Made by a program: the position numbers and the translations under genes
From: Camelus dromedarius
Taxonomy: Eukaryota
DNA: 64,000 bases
Direction of reading: 5' to 3'
Assembly (NCBI RefSeq): GCF_036321535.1
Contig: NC_087436.1
Span: forward strand, 113,586,001-113,650,000
Shown: positions 36,771-49,804 of the stretch, one piece after another
Layout of the letters: each line of letters begins with the position of its first letter
Position numbering within the stretch: the stretch's first letter is position 1
The notes under the pieces: model-generated
Told to the model about the DNA's origin: nothing
The model's input: only the letters and a program-made list of their open reading frames with translations
Database searches by the model: none

Positions 36771-37254
36771 CAGTGTATTTTAGTGTGTTTTTACTTTGAT
36801 TGTCACCCTTTGGTGACATCAGAAACATGCAGATAGCTTTGTGTGGTGGCACTACTGTAGGGAATGCAGTGTTGGGGCAAAGCCTGCCCTGCCTCATCCA
36901 CCCGCTGCCTGGCCCATCAGTGGTGCAGTAGTAGACTCTCAGGGAGTCAGGGACTTAGAGTTTGAGACATGAGCAGTTGTGAGAGCTGTGGAGCAGGTAT
37001 CAAGTGTGGAAACAGTTGCCAAGGGTACCCCTCCAGGGAAGACATGAGACAAACTGCCTCTTTCCCAGAGATTGTAGAGGAGGGTGATGCTTTAGGGGTC
37101 AGATGGGCAGAACAATGGGAAGGAAGGGAGTCTATGCACAGCACACTTACCCCTGAGTGGTCATTGCTTGTGTGCTTGTCAAGTCCATCACTAAAATATG
37201 GTCACCGTAAAGGCTGGAGCTAAGTCATATTCACTTTTTTTAAAAGTTTTTTTT

Positions 37255-37400
37255 TATTTTGGATTTTTATTATTTTGAAATAATTTCATACTTACAGAAA
37301 GTACAAAAATAGTACAAAGAATTCCCATATACTCTTGAATGTGATTCCCTAAATGTTAAAATTTACTACATTTGCTTTATCATACTTTACACACACATGA
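37255..37400 (-). mobile_element. L1MC4-like LINE-1 3' end
   Basis: ttattttgaaataatttcatacttacagaaag...aatagtacaaagaattcccatatac. Confidence 0.75.
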
Positions 37401-37595
37401 TTATTTTTACTATTATTATTATTTTTTTGAAACTCTTGTAGGTTGATGAATTTTCCTGCATATTTACATCCATGTAATTATCACTCAAATCAAGTTATAA
37501 AATATTTCAGAAAGCTGCCGGCTGCTCTTTTCCACTTCTCATTTTTCATTTCTTTTCATTTATTTCACTTCACTTTCATTTCAATTCTTATTCTC

Positions 37596-37864
37596 ATTTT
37601 TTTTTGTTGAAGTATATAATATCACTTATATGTGGAATCTTAAAAAATGACACAAATGAACTTATTTACAAAACAGAAATAAACTCACAGACATAGAAAA
37701 CAAACTTTTGGTTACCAGGGGTGTGGGAGGGATAAATCGGGAGGTTGGGATTTGCAGATACTAAATATTATATATAAAATGGGTAAACAACAAGGTCCTA
37801 CTGAATAGCCCAGGAAATTATATTCAACATCTTGTAGTAACCTATAATGGAAAATATGAAAAGA

Positions 37865-37916
<52 letters not shown>

Positions 37917-37955
37917 CTGAATCACTATGCTGTGCACCAGAAAAGAACACAACAT
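37596..37955 (-). mobile_element. Artiodactyl-type LINE-1 with twin-priming inversion; contains (TG)23
   Basis: Poly-T + ttgaagtata (antisense terminus), then sense 3' UTR atatcacttatatgtggaatc...aacacaacat. Confidence 0.85.
37868..37914. repeat. (TG)23 microsatellite inside the L1 3' UTR
   Basis: Read directly. Confidence 0.97.
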
Positions 37956-39789
37956 CATATTCACTTTTATATTCTTGTAAGTCTCACAGTATCTGGCACT
38001 TAGTGTGCCCAGTAAATACTTGTCAAATGAATGAGTGGTGGAATTGTTTATTGAAAAAGCATTGGTTTGAAGATTTAGTCTTCTTCTGACTTTTTAAGCA
38101 AGTGTGGCAGGGACACAATTTGGCATCAGGCTTCCTGCCTTTTTTCCACTTCTATGACTTGGTGCTCATGTTACTGCTTCATATTTATCACTATGAAATG
38201 ACCGAACCTTCTCCCACAGAGGCCCCCTTTTGCCCCTGGCCTTGCATGATACAATTTGTGTTGGCCAGAGGGAAGGCAAACACATTGGCACGAAATGTGA
38301 ATATGCCTATTAACATTTCTCCCGGAGAATGTGGTGAGCCTTAGGAACCGGCCTAGAGGTTCAGCTGGGGCCCCTGGTCAGCACATTCTTGGAGCTCCTG
38401 GAAAAGGGCAAGCACAGAATATTTACAGCCATGGAGAAATGGCCTCATAAAAATGCATACGGGTGTGTGCGCAGAGTGATAACTTGGATGAAAAAAGCAG
38501 TGTTTACATACTGTTACACTAAAAATATTCACACCTCATCAAATCTTCAGTCTTGTTTGCTGGCAACAATGGGATTTTTCCCTCTGTAAGGCAGTAATAG
38601 CTCTCGGCAGAGCACTGAGAATTATGTCTCATTAATCCTTCCCAGATCTCAGCAAAGTGGGTGGTGAGAGTTAGGTTTCCTGTTGTACCAGAGAATAGAT
38701 CAAGGTTCATTTTTTCCCTTCTCTGCTCTCACATGATGGAGGATATTTGCCATCTCCTGTTTGAAATCTCCACTGTGGCTCTTAGGGTTGGCCCTTCCTA
38801 AAGTCATCTGGTCTACCACTCTGGTGTAGATGGGGAAACAGAGCTCGAGAGGAGAGGAATCAATTCACCAAGACCTCTCAGCTACTCAGTGGAAAATCCA
38901 AGCCCAGCTCACTGATTTCCTACCTAGAGAGATGTGGGATGAGTAAGAGTACAAACCTGTATAAACACCTGTTAGACATAGAGCATTTTATATGTGACAG
39001 TTTTGTAATCACTATAATAATCTTATAAGGTTGGTTTTGTTATTATTACCATTATTACTATTAATTATTATAATTGTCCAGATGAGAACTATGAAGACTG
39101 AGGTTCATGTGAATTCTGTATTCAAACCTGATATATCATTTGACGCCAAAGCTGATAAGACATAAGATGTCAGAGTAGCCTCCACTTTGTACCCATTGGA
39201 CAGGCTGACAGATAGCAGAAACACGATAGTGTTTCCTTCTTGATATAGTCTTGCAGAGGAAACATCGCTTTCGAGACAGACTTGAATTAAAACTCCGTTC
39301 TCTTCTTCCTTGATAGATGGGTGCCCTTGTGTGAGGTAGAAAGTGTGACTTCCCCTCAGTTTTCTCAGCTATAAAAGCAATAAAATAAAATATGCTCATG
39401 GCTTGTTGGTGAAAATAAAATGACAGAGCACAAAGAAAGTGACTATTACCCGGAAGTACTGCTATGTACATGTGGATTCACTCTACCTCCCCCACCCAAA
39501 ACAGTAGCTTGGTGTTTTTTTTTAATAATCCTATTAGAAAACAAACATATGCATTTCTGTATTGTTTTGTATTCATCCTAAGAGTTGACGTTTTTAATAG
39601 TACCCAAGATGTGTGACATCCATCCTGTTAGTTATCAGCCCCTACTCGAAGGGGTCATGCTCCTAAGCCTCACCTCAGAAGACTATTGAGTTATTCAAGG
39701 TTATTCAAGATTCTTGGTAGTAGGAACCATACTGCTAGTCCACTGACCACTGAGTAGGTGTTAGGCATCTAGACATTGCATGGAATACT

Positions 39790-40010
39790 ATAAGCTAAGG
39801 CTTTGTGAGCTCAAGGGAGCCAACAGGGGCCATTTCAATACCAGTGAGACCTTGGGAATGTACTTAACCTCTCTGTTCTTTAGTTTTCCCATCTATATTA
39901 TGGGCTAAAGATGAAAAGTTTTATGAAGATTAACATAATAGATATAAAGTACTTTCTCAGTGCCTTGCATGTGGCAAGGGTTTAGTAAATACTAGTTATT
40001 AATATCATTA
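39790..40010 (+). mobile_element. MIR SINE (other MIR pieces at ~38800-39130 and ~39330-39470)
   Basis: gaccttgggaatgtacttaacctctctg...tagttttcccatctata. Confidence 0.8.
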
Positions 40011-40139
40011 GCTAAAATATTTAGTAAAAGCAAACTCAAGTTAGTGATTTCCAATGCGAGATGGTATATAATTAAGGCATTCACACATTCAATGTGTCTT
40101 AAATTTTATATTAAATAGAGAATAAAATATTAAAATAAA

Positions 40140-42200
40140 ATATGCATGCATTATATCAAAGAGCAATAAAACTAACATCTAGATACCATCACCCAATACT
40201 TTTGAAACTTACCTTATGCAGCCACATACTGTCCTTCTCCTTTTAGAGGCAATAGAAATTCTGAATTTTATGTTGAACCTTCCTTTTCTTTTTTTTATGG
40301 TTATATCATTTATGTTTGCATTACTTAACAGTAGAATTTTTTAGTTTTTCATAATTTTGACATCTATGTAAATAGAATTCATTGCTATCAATCCTCTGCT
40401 ATTTGCTTTGTTTGCTTAACATTATATTCTGAGATATATCCACCTTGTTTATGAAGCTATGATTTATTCTTTTCACTGCTGTATAGGATACCTGTATATA
40501 GATATGGCAGAATTCACTTAGCCTTTTTTTTCTCCTAATGGACATTTAAGTTGCTCCCTTTTAAATTTTTTTCCTTTTACTATTGGTGCTTCTATCAATA
40601 TTATTATATAAACTCATGATGTGCTTGGGCAAGATTCCCTGTTGTATAAACATTTGGGAGTGAAATTGATAGGGCCACAGGATTCGAGCATGTTCAACAT
40701 TACAATGTAATGCTGTGGTCTTGTTTTGCACAGTAACTATAACCACTTATAAACCTACCTGCAGTACATAAGTGTTATTTACAATCCTACTTTCCATCCT
40801 TGCCAGTGCTTGATATTCTCACTTTTTAATTGAGAACTAATTTTTGCCAATATGATGGATGAAAAAATGGTACCTGCTTGTGGTTTTAGTTTGCATTTCT
40901 TTGATTACTAGTGAATTGAAGAATGTCTTTAAATGTTTATTGGTCATTAGAGTTTCTGCTTTTGTGAAGTGATTATTAAAGACTTTGCCCATTTTCTTCT
41001 ATGGAGTTGTTTGTCTTTAATTTATTGATTAATATAAGTTCTATTTACTGTCTGGATACTAATTTTGTCATTACACATCCCCAAACATCTTCTTCCACTT
41101 TGTGGTTTGTCATTTCAGTTTTTATATTAGGTCTTTGGATGAACAGATGTTTTTAATATTGCTGAGCACTTCATCATTTCTTCATGATTTGTACTTTCTA
41201 TTTCTTGTTTAGAAACTCTTCCCTGTCCAGGAGTCATAAAAAATATTCTGGGGTTCCCCTGTTTTATGTTCTAAAAGTTTTATAGTTTTACTTTTTATAT
41301 CTAAATATTTAATCTACCTGGAACTGATTTTGTATATGGTAAGTAACAATTTCATTTTTGTCCATATGAACATAACCGATTCCTTCAGGATTACTTACTG
41401 AATAATTTATCTCTTGCCTATGACATGCAGTGCTGGCCTTGTCATAAATCATATTTCCATATGTGTGTGGGCCTGCTTCTGGGCTCTTTTTTCTTCTCAT
41501 ACACTTATTTGTCTATGTGCGCACCAGCACCAGCCTGCTTTAATTACTGTCACCTAGTAATAACGTTTGGTATTTTGAAAGCTAAATCCCACTATTTTTC
41601 TGCAGTAGTGTTTTGGCTGTCCTTGGTATTTACTCTTCCCCATAAAGTGGTTGAGTCAGCTTTTCAATTTCTTTAATAATAACCTGTTGGAATGTTCTTA
41701 GAATTTCATTGACTTTATAGATTTATAGACCAATTTGGAAAGAAATGACATTAATATTGACTCTTACTATCCATGAACATGATATAGTACTTCTTTAATT
41801 TTGGTCTTTTTTAAACATTTCCCAATAAAGTTTTATAAGATTTTCCATAAAACTCCTTCCCATCTCTGCTGGATTTATGTCTAGGTACTTGATATTTTAT
41901 GCCATTACAAATTGTTTCTGTTTTAAAATATATTCTCTGAGTTTTCAGTATTTTATATTAGTTTGCATCAAGAATCCCTGATAATATATCTATTAAGCTG
42001 AATGATAAATCTGTGGATTTGAGCTTTTCTGTGTAGATGATCATATCACCCATGAATAAAGAGAGTTTTGTTATTTTATTTTCATAAACTTATACCTCTG
42101 TTTCTTTTTTTTTTTTGTCTTTCTGTTATTCTAGAATTCCCAACAAACACTGAATGAAAGAGGTGTTAGAAAGCTGTTTTCCTATTTTCTGAATTCAATA
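40140..42200 (-). mobile_element. Ancient LINE-1 (L1ME/L1M-like) 3' UTR + decayed ORF2, ~2 kb
   Basis: ttgtggttttagtttgcatttctttgattactagtga...tctggatactaat...atccatgaacatg...tgatcatatcaccc. Confidence 0.85.
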
Positions 42201-43879
42201 ATTATTTGAGTTCTGATTTGCAGCTGGATTCCTCCTGATGTATTCTGCCAATCTGAGAATACTTTAAACCAATTTTAGCTAGAAGTTTTCAAGTCACCTA
42301 GTTACTGAGATTTGGGACTACAAATTTGATGAGGGACTAACTTGTAGTAAAGAATTTTCAAGGAACATTTTCCCCCTTCCTAGAGTTAGAGGTTTGAGAC
42401 TGGGACATACTCTTTTACTCCCTTTGGGAGTAAATTTTGTGTTCATCCTTAAATTAAAGTTGTAGTTTGGGGGGCCCCAAATTTATACATGTGGGGAATC
42501 TCCTACAAGACTCCTTCCTTTGGGTAGACCTTGTAATTTGTCTCTTTGCTAACCAGGGCTCAAGTCCACTGGGGTTCAGCAAACACCCCTGAATGAGATT
42601 TTAGTTCAGTGCTCTGCTTGACTTTCTGAATTTCTCTTATTGCACTTAGACTTTGACTTTTATGTATTCTTACATGCTGGTCAATCCGTTGATGCATTTA
42701 AAAATAACTCTTTCTATATCATATCTAAAATTTTCAATGTTCTCAGCATTAGAATGCCTTGTTTATCATATTTCTGGAATCACAAGTCCCCAGTGGGACT
42801 TTTCAATGTATCTCCTGTGTGTGTTGCAACTATACAATAATAAGATGCCATCCTTGCCCTCGTAAAGTTCACAGTAGAGCTGGAAGACAGGCATGTAAAC
42901 AGGGCATTACAATAGAGGATCATACGTGTTATCATGGAGTTAGCCATGTGAGGGGGACTGGGCAGAACAGGACATTCAGGAATGAAGAAGGTACAGTTAC
43001 AGAGGCCCTGAGGTGAAAGGACATATCTGGAGTATTAGAGAAACTCGGAGCTTCCTATACATGCTGTTTATTAATCTCCATCCCTACTCTAGAAAGTAAG
43101 AGAAGCAGGCTTCACCATTAAGAGATGAGTCTCTCAGGGATCCACTGACTTGCTCACGGAGCCCTGGCTAGCAAACTGAAAATCTGGTCTTTTGACACTA
43201 AAGCCACTGCCCTTCCCACCACTGATGCATTTGGGCCTTGAAAGATGAGACTCTGAATCCCTTCTGATATGTTCTGAGAGCTCCAGATCCAACCATCTAG
43301 GTATAGAAGATGCATGGTCATTGCTTACTTATCTCCCCAAAGCTGTCATATTTGGATAATTTATTTGTAAATAATTTTACTTAATTATTTTCCTCCTTCT
43401 CCAAAATTGGTCGGGGAAGGAGGGTTCTTTGGGAAGACAGGCTCTATCGTAACTAACAGTGAGCCTCAAGCAGTACTGCTAATAATAAGTGCGGAGGAGG
43501 AAGCTGCTAGGATTGCATCATAGAATTCCTAATTCTCTGCAGGGGGCTGATCTCTCCCTCTGCACTGGTCCAGCAAGGTTCCACCAAGGCTCTTTTTGCT
43601 CCTATTATCCTCTTTCACTGAGATATCTTAGGACCTGGTTTGTGTAGTTAGAGTGTCAGATATCTAACCAAATCTTTGAACTTTGGCACCTGCCTCTCTG
43701 GACATGGTCAGTTGCTTTCTCTAATTTATTGACACTTTGCATGTGGACTTTCCATGTTTAATTCCTACCTGGAGATGGCTATACACAGAGGTAACTCTAG
43801 AATATGTATGCATAAGGACCTAGGAAGAGCAATCTGGTCCGAAAGCAAAGGTAGGGAAAGTTTCTTCACTTGCATTTGC

Positions 43880-44075
43880 ATAGCAAGCCCACAGTTTGTA
43901 CTTGGATTACTTGACCCCTCCTTGCAGCTCTTTTCTCACATGAAAATGAGATTAATAGTGATACTTAATTGAGTGAGGTCTTATAAAGATGACATGAATG
44001 AATATAGGTAAAGACCTTACTTAGAAGGGTGTTTGATAGGGAGCAATTGCTCAACAGATGTAGGCTATAATATTA
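43880..44075 (+). mobile_element. MIR SINE (antisense MIR also at ~43060-43210)
   Basis: ttacttgacccctc...tgaaaatgagattaatagtg...gctcaacagatgtaggctat. Confidence 0.65.
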
Positions 44076-44789
44076 GCAATAGCAATGGTCATTGTTAGGT
44101 TGTTTAATTGGGGTGGTGAGGTGACCATCATGGCATTACTGGAGAGGAAGACTAGACTTCTTTTGACTCTTCCAGAGGCATCTGAGATTTTCTACATATT
44201 TGGCTGACACTAGAGTATAATTCAAGGTGGGAAAACGCTTCATACTTAGAATTCTTGATTCTAGGGCTGGAAAAAGACATTCTTCACCATGTAAAGGGAA
44301 TAAGGAGCTGAAACTTGTTGAGCACACACTAGGCTATATACGTGTGCTATCTTATGCCATGACCATTTTTCAAGTATGGAACATGATCTGAGAAGTTTAA
44401 CTAACTTGAGAAAAGTCACAGACCAAATAATTCTTTTGCAGTTTTTTCTTCCATCATCTCCCTTGTTTTGCTCACCCAAAAAACTGCACTTTGGGTAATG
44501 GTGCTGTCATTTTTACTAAACAAGAGACATAGATAATTTATGAATATAGTGAAAAGTGATAATAAATAGCAATTTTAAGCAGCATTAAATTCTCTTGTTT
44601 AATGAGATGGTAGATGTGCTAGAGAAGCATCACGATGGTTGAAATGTATTATTTCCATTGTGCTTGTAGTGATATTCAGATTAGCCTGAGGCCTTTCTAA
44701 TACTGCCATTGTGAACTCACAGGGTTCATAGGATCTCAAGAGGGTCACTATGAATATGGTCTAATCAACTACATAATACATTCAACAAC

Positions 44790-45050
44790 TACCACCACAA
44801 GTATATACTGAATTCCTATGTACTGAATTCCATTCTAAACCAGGGAGATCCAGCTGCCTCTGTATGGAGATTGTGTTTTAGTTGCAAGGGCAATTAACAA
44901 AATGAATACATAAATTATTTAGTATATAAAATATGAAAAAGTACTCTGGGAAAAATAAAGCAAGGAAGGAAGATAGGGAATGCTGGTGCATATGTGTGTT
45001 TGTGTGTGTGTGTTTGCAATTTCAAACAGGGTGAGTAGACTGGGTGAGAA
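44790..45050 (-). mobile_element. L2 LINE fragment
   Basis: aagtactctgggaaaaataaagcaaggaaggaagatagggaatgctgg. Confidence 0.65.
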
Positions 45051-45224
45051 AAGTGAAATAACTTGCTGACAGTCCTACAATTAGAAAGGGGCAGATGGGA
45101 ACCCATTTGCAGTGTCTTAACTGGTGGTATTACAGCCTCAATTTGATTGGCTTCAGCCCTTTGAATTTTTTAACAAAGCCAAACCCAGGAAAAAAATCAC
45201 CAGCATGAAATTGTTCTTTGGTGC

Positions 45225-45600
45225 AATCTTAAGGACTCTTGGTTTCAAGAAACAGGTACTTGTGTTGAAATTGCTTAAGCAAAAATAGCTGAGCTTAGTG
45301 GAAAGACATCAAGGTGTTTCATGTCGTATGGAGGGACCGGGGACAGTCTGGCCGCTAGGAACGTGAATGCGCCAAGATGGTCTTCCCATCCCTCTTCTCT
45401 GCTCTTAGACCAGCCTCCTGCACACGGCTGGACATCTGACTGATTAACAGTATTGTCCTTAGACCTGGACAAGTGGGTCCCTGCTCTGTCCTGAGCGTCA
45501 GGGATTGCCAGTTTTTTTGAACCTGGGCCTCTAGGTCTGGTTTTGCTACCCTCTGGGGCACTCCCTGACTCTTTGAACCTCATGTGGGGTCAACCAGATG
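45225..45600 (-). mobile_element. Old MaLR LTR (MLT1M/N-like)
   Basis: aggactcttggtttcaagaaacag...gcttaagcaaaaa resembles an antisense old-MLT1 terminus. Confidence 0.45.
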
Positions 45601-45889
45601 CCATAGGATCCTTAGCTGACCAAGTTTCCAAGAGTAAGCCTGGCAAGCAGAATGATGCTAGTGGCTGGTTCAGCATTTATTTTGCAGGGCTGTTGGACTC
45701 TGAGTTACTGAAAAGGTGCTGACATTCTGGTTTTAGGTGATTTTCTCTCAGGTCACAAAGAAGGCAAGTTTAGCAGTCTGGACGATAATGATCCCGTGAC
45801 AATACAGGCTTGAGCCAGCGGTAAGGTCCCTGCATCAGTCTCCCAGGCTGTGTGCTGATGATGGTGCCGCTTCCAGTTTACAGCATCCG

Positions 45890-46110
45890 ATGGGTAGAGG
45901 TTAAGGGCAGCAGAACTGGAACTCTGTTAAGTGACTTGAGATCAAGCTTTCACTCTCTAGCCACGTGATCCTAAGCATGCTACTTGGCCTCTTTAAGTCT
46001 CATTTTCCTTATTTTTCAAAATGGGGAGATGAGAAATTTTAACAATTATTAAGTGAGATACGTTTGATAAATGCTTAGAACAGCGCTTAACACACGGTAA
46101 GCATTCAACG
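45890..46110 (+). mobile_element. MIR SINE
   Basis: ctagccacgtgatcctaagc...ctcattttccttatttttcaaaatgggga...tgcttagaacagcgc. Confidence 0.8.
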
Positions 46111-46229
46111 TCCCACAGAAAGCTGGGTCCCAAATCGAATGTTCTCCAGACCCCATGTTCTTTGGGTTACACTACGCTGGCTTCTCAGGTGAAAAAGAAG
46201 GAAGAGCCCAAGAGTAAAACCAGTGCAGG

Positions 46230-46810
46230 GATGGAAGGATCCACTTGATAATTAAGACTCTTGGTCTAGGAATGCTCTGGGTTTGCTGATGCTGACAGAC
46301 ACGTATTTCTGAAATAAAACTCACGTGCAAAGTGTTGGACAAAAGCAAAGCAAGAGACCATTTACAATTTTGGTGAATGTTGCTTTTATTTGCTTGTATT
46401 AGGGGAAAAACAAAACACATAAAGTTAATTTGTACTTTGAATTGCAAAATATTGACACTTGAGTAAATTTAGCTCACAAAAAGGAAATTATATCAAAGTC
46501 CAAAATGCTGGGGGGGAAAGGAATCAGCCCTTACACTGCACATAATAGTAAATTAAATTCAAATAGTTATCCCTGTTGCATTCAAGCTGTGATTCCAATT
46601 ATCCTCAAATCTGGAGATTCTAAGTTAAAGTTTCTACAGACACTGTGATTTTTGTGCCGTTAACCATTTGACAGAATCAGCTTTACGTTACAAAATTTTC
46701 CAGATTACAAATGGTGTGAGGCTGTTGGGTGTGAACTCTAGTGACAACTAGGGTTATAAAACTACTCTTGAGTGTTTAAATGTTCAGTTGTGAGTTTTTT
46801 AAGCGGATTA
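46230..46810. promoter_or_regulatory. Candidate liver/endoderm enhancer (HNF4, HNF1, FOXA, C/EBP-like motifs)
   Basis: No interspersed repeat recognised. CAAAGTCCA 46494-46502, TGTACTTTG 46431-46439, GTTAATTTGTAC 46424-46435, TATTTGC 46387-46393, TATTGAC 46450-46456, ATTGCAAAAT 46441-46450. Confidence 0.4.
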
Positions 46811-48304
46811 AAAAATCTTGCTCTCTATTATAATTTGTCTGGTACATCAATTAGCCAAGAAGTTTTTATTGGCTATTTATTATGTGTCAATCTCAGTGCT
46901 AAGAAGAAACGAAAAGAATAGAAGAAGAGAGAAAGGAGAAGAGAAAGGAATTCATATAAAATCCATACCTTTTAAGAATTCACAAAAGAATAGAAGAATC
47001 AATAATAGAATGTGTATGTGTTTGCATGTGTGTGTGTGTGTGTGTGTGTGTACACACATGTGCATAGATGAACATGGCCATGTAGGAACCTACTTTGAAG
47101 AAGAAGTGATAGTAAATGAGAACTGAATTTACCACCAATCAAATCTGGCAGTTGTGGAGAAAGTCTATTGTTTACAGCGACAGATGTCAGTGATGCTGTA
47201 AGGAAGCAGGTAAAGCCATGAGTGAGATCCAAACTTCAATTGGCTATCATTTCTATAAATATAGGCTGGGCATGAAAAGAATGCAGGTGCTCATCAAACT
47301 CAAAGGTCTACAGATTAGCAGGAAAAAGCATTTTATTATTTTAAGATTCCCCCAAATGCAAAATACAATCAGGAGATTAGCCCAAAGACTTAGGTGAGTA
47401 AGTAGATCAGGGAGTGGCATTCTGTTGAGGACAAGGACCTTGAGACCAGCTTTTTATTAAATGATGAAGCCCCGACTGCACTAGGTACAAGACTGAGAAT
47501 GTCTCAGTTCGAAATGACAGAAGCATTGGGAGAATTGAATGAGTAAATTAGTTTTTCCAAATTAATTTGTGTGTGTGTGTTAAGTAGTCTATACACATTT
47601 GTTGTTTTACCTACACGTAACGTTGAAGAGAATTTAGTATTGTGACTGCATTTTCTAATGCATAATTAAGGATGTTCCCCCAACTAAGAAATGCTTTAAG
47701 AAAGGGGAGATCTTTGAGAAGTTTAATAGTGTCTGTCCCCTGTAGGCCACCATGACCATGAGAGACTTTGCCATGGACTGTGTTCTCTAGTGTCAAATGG
47801 AATGTGAATTTCTGAAATAGCAAAGGCCAGCCAGGTGGTAGCACTAAACAACTGAAGCAAGGTGGACATAATTACCGTATGTGCAGCAAAGTCAGAGTGG
47901 CAGTCAGAATACCTTGACTCACAGGACAGTGCAATAGATTCAATGGCTAATAGATTGTGCTGTTGCAAGGGGCCAGATGGGTGGATAATTCGGGTCTCCT
48001 TTCCCTCCCTCTCTCTCTGTCTTCCTCCCTTCCTTTTTTTGCAGTGGAAAATTGTAGTTTCTCATTCACTTTAAAAAATGTGAGTTAATTCAAAGACTGA
48101 GGGTCCATTAATTGAACCGAATTACAATTTGCCAGGAAAATTAGAATGGGTTGTAGGTTATGGATGAAGTTGGCAATGAATCTCAGTTATTGCCTTGGGA
48201 CCACAATAATGGGAACTGTAGCATGTTCCCTCTTACACTAAGATTTTACAGACGGAGTTGTCAGCTATCACTTGGAAGGGACCCTGTGACAGTCTGCTCC
48301 GGAA

Positions 48305-48865
48305 CTGCGTGGTCCAGTATAGCAGGCAGTTGTTACATGTGGCTGTTATACCCTCGAAATATGGCTGACCTGACTTGAGATGTGCCATCAGTAAGCTTTG
48401 AAGTCTTAGTATGAGTAGAGGAAGGTGAAGTATCTCATTCATACTTGTATACTAATTACATTATGAAATGGTAATATTTTGGTTATTTTAGGTTATAATA
48501 GATTATTTTAACTGGTGCTGCCTCGTTCTTTTTACCTTTTTTATTACTGTTATTTTTTTTAATTGAAGTATAGTCAGTTTATAATGTTATGTTATAGTGT
48601 CAATTTCTGGTGTACAGCATAATAATTCAGTCATACATATACATACATATATTTGTTTTCAAATCCTTTTCATTATAGGTTACTACAAGATATTGAATAT
48701 AGCTCCCTGTGCTCTACAGTATGAACTTGTTGTTTATCTATTTTATATATAGAAGTTAGTATCTGCAAATCTCTAACTCCCAATTTCTTTTTACTTTTTT
48801 GAATGTGGTTACTAGAAAACTTCCAATTACATTTGTGGCTTGCAGTATATTTCATCTGGACTGTA
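48305..48865. mobile_element. MER33-like hAT-Charlie DNA transposon split by an L1
   Basis: ctgcgtggtccagtatagcag...acatgtggct... resumes aatgtggttactagaaaac...attacatttgtggcttgca. Confidence 0.8.
48541..48784 (-). mobile_element. 5'-truncated artiodactyl-type LINE-1 with ~15-bp TSD
   Basis: ttttttaattgaagtatagtcagttt...; TTCTTTTTACCTTTT 48526-48540 and TTCTTTTTACTTTTT 48785-48799. Confidence 0.9.
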
Positions 48866-48916
48866 ACAAAGGGGAAGGATGGAGAGAATGGGTGCGTCAA
48901 AACTCTGCCCTATATA

Positions 48917-49046
48917 AGGTGACCATGCCATTTATCATCCAAACCTGGATATTTGGAGTGTGGGAGCGGGCACCGTAGATAATGATGCCAGGACTGGGGG
49001 CACGAGCTGGAGCTGTCCTAGGCCACCGAATCTGTGAGGTCACCCT
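48917..49046 (+). mobile_element. MER94-like hAT-Blackjack DNA transposon
   Basis: Terminal inverted repeats aggtgacc / ggtcaccct; internal atttatcatccaaacc. Confidence 0.75.
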
Positions 49047-49804
49047 GTCAATGAGGAAGGTGAGTGGGACAGCCACAGAGAAAGGGCAGGTGCAGATTTA
49101 AAAGGAGGGCTTATTTTAGGGGACTGTTTCCCTGGCATCGAGCGAAACACTGAAGGTTTGTCCTGTGTGGTTCACGCTCTTTCTACTCTCGGAAAAACCT
49201 GCAGCTTCCTATTTCTAAGGTGAGAACTTGACTAAAAATCCAAGTTCTAAGAACTTGGATGACGGACACTATCTTGAAGTATTTAAGTATGTTAAACTTA
49301 AGTACATCAGAAACACATTTCCTTTAAAACACACACAAGTTTGACACTTCATAGGAGAAGTACTTGGCTGCCCTGGCTTTTCCAGATCCCACGTGACTTT
49401 ATACACATGCACTCCTGCACACTTTGGAGGGCATTCTTCAAGCAGAAAAAACACCCAGTCTTCTTAGCATGGGCAGCTAGGCCACCTCTCCTGATGTCCA
49501 CCCCGGGCCCCCCATTTAGGGATAGGGTCCCAAAGATCCCAAAGAAGTAAGCACTTCCTCTAATCTGAAATTTGGGGAAAAAGGCTCAAAAGAAGGTAAA
49601 AGAATCTGGAGCATGAGGGGAAGTGTGGCCATTTGTCGCATCTCCCTTCAAGAGAGCCCCAGAAGATGGGGACAGTGGTCTGGGGAGACATGGGATGTTC
49701 TCGGCAGCCCACCTCTGCCTTTCTGTAGGGCAGTGAGGAGACTCAAAAAGGGAAATGCTCAAAAATCTCTCCCATCTCAGCCTCCTTTCCCTGGCCCTGA
49801 ATTG

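Noticed and set aside
42240..42780. Possible HAL1 or L1 5'-region fragment
   Set aside because: Resemblance too weak to assign without an HMM search
47826..47843. CTCF-like CAGCCAGGTGGTAG
   Set aside because: Only about 11/14 to the core, with mismatches at informative positions; not supportable without a PWM scan or ChIP
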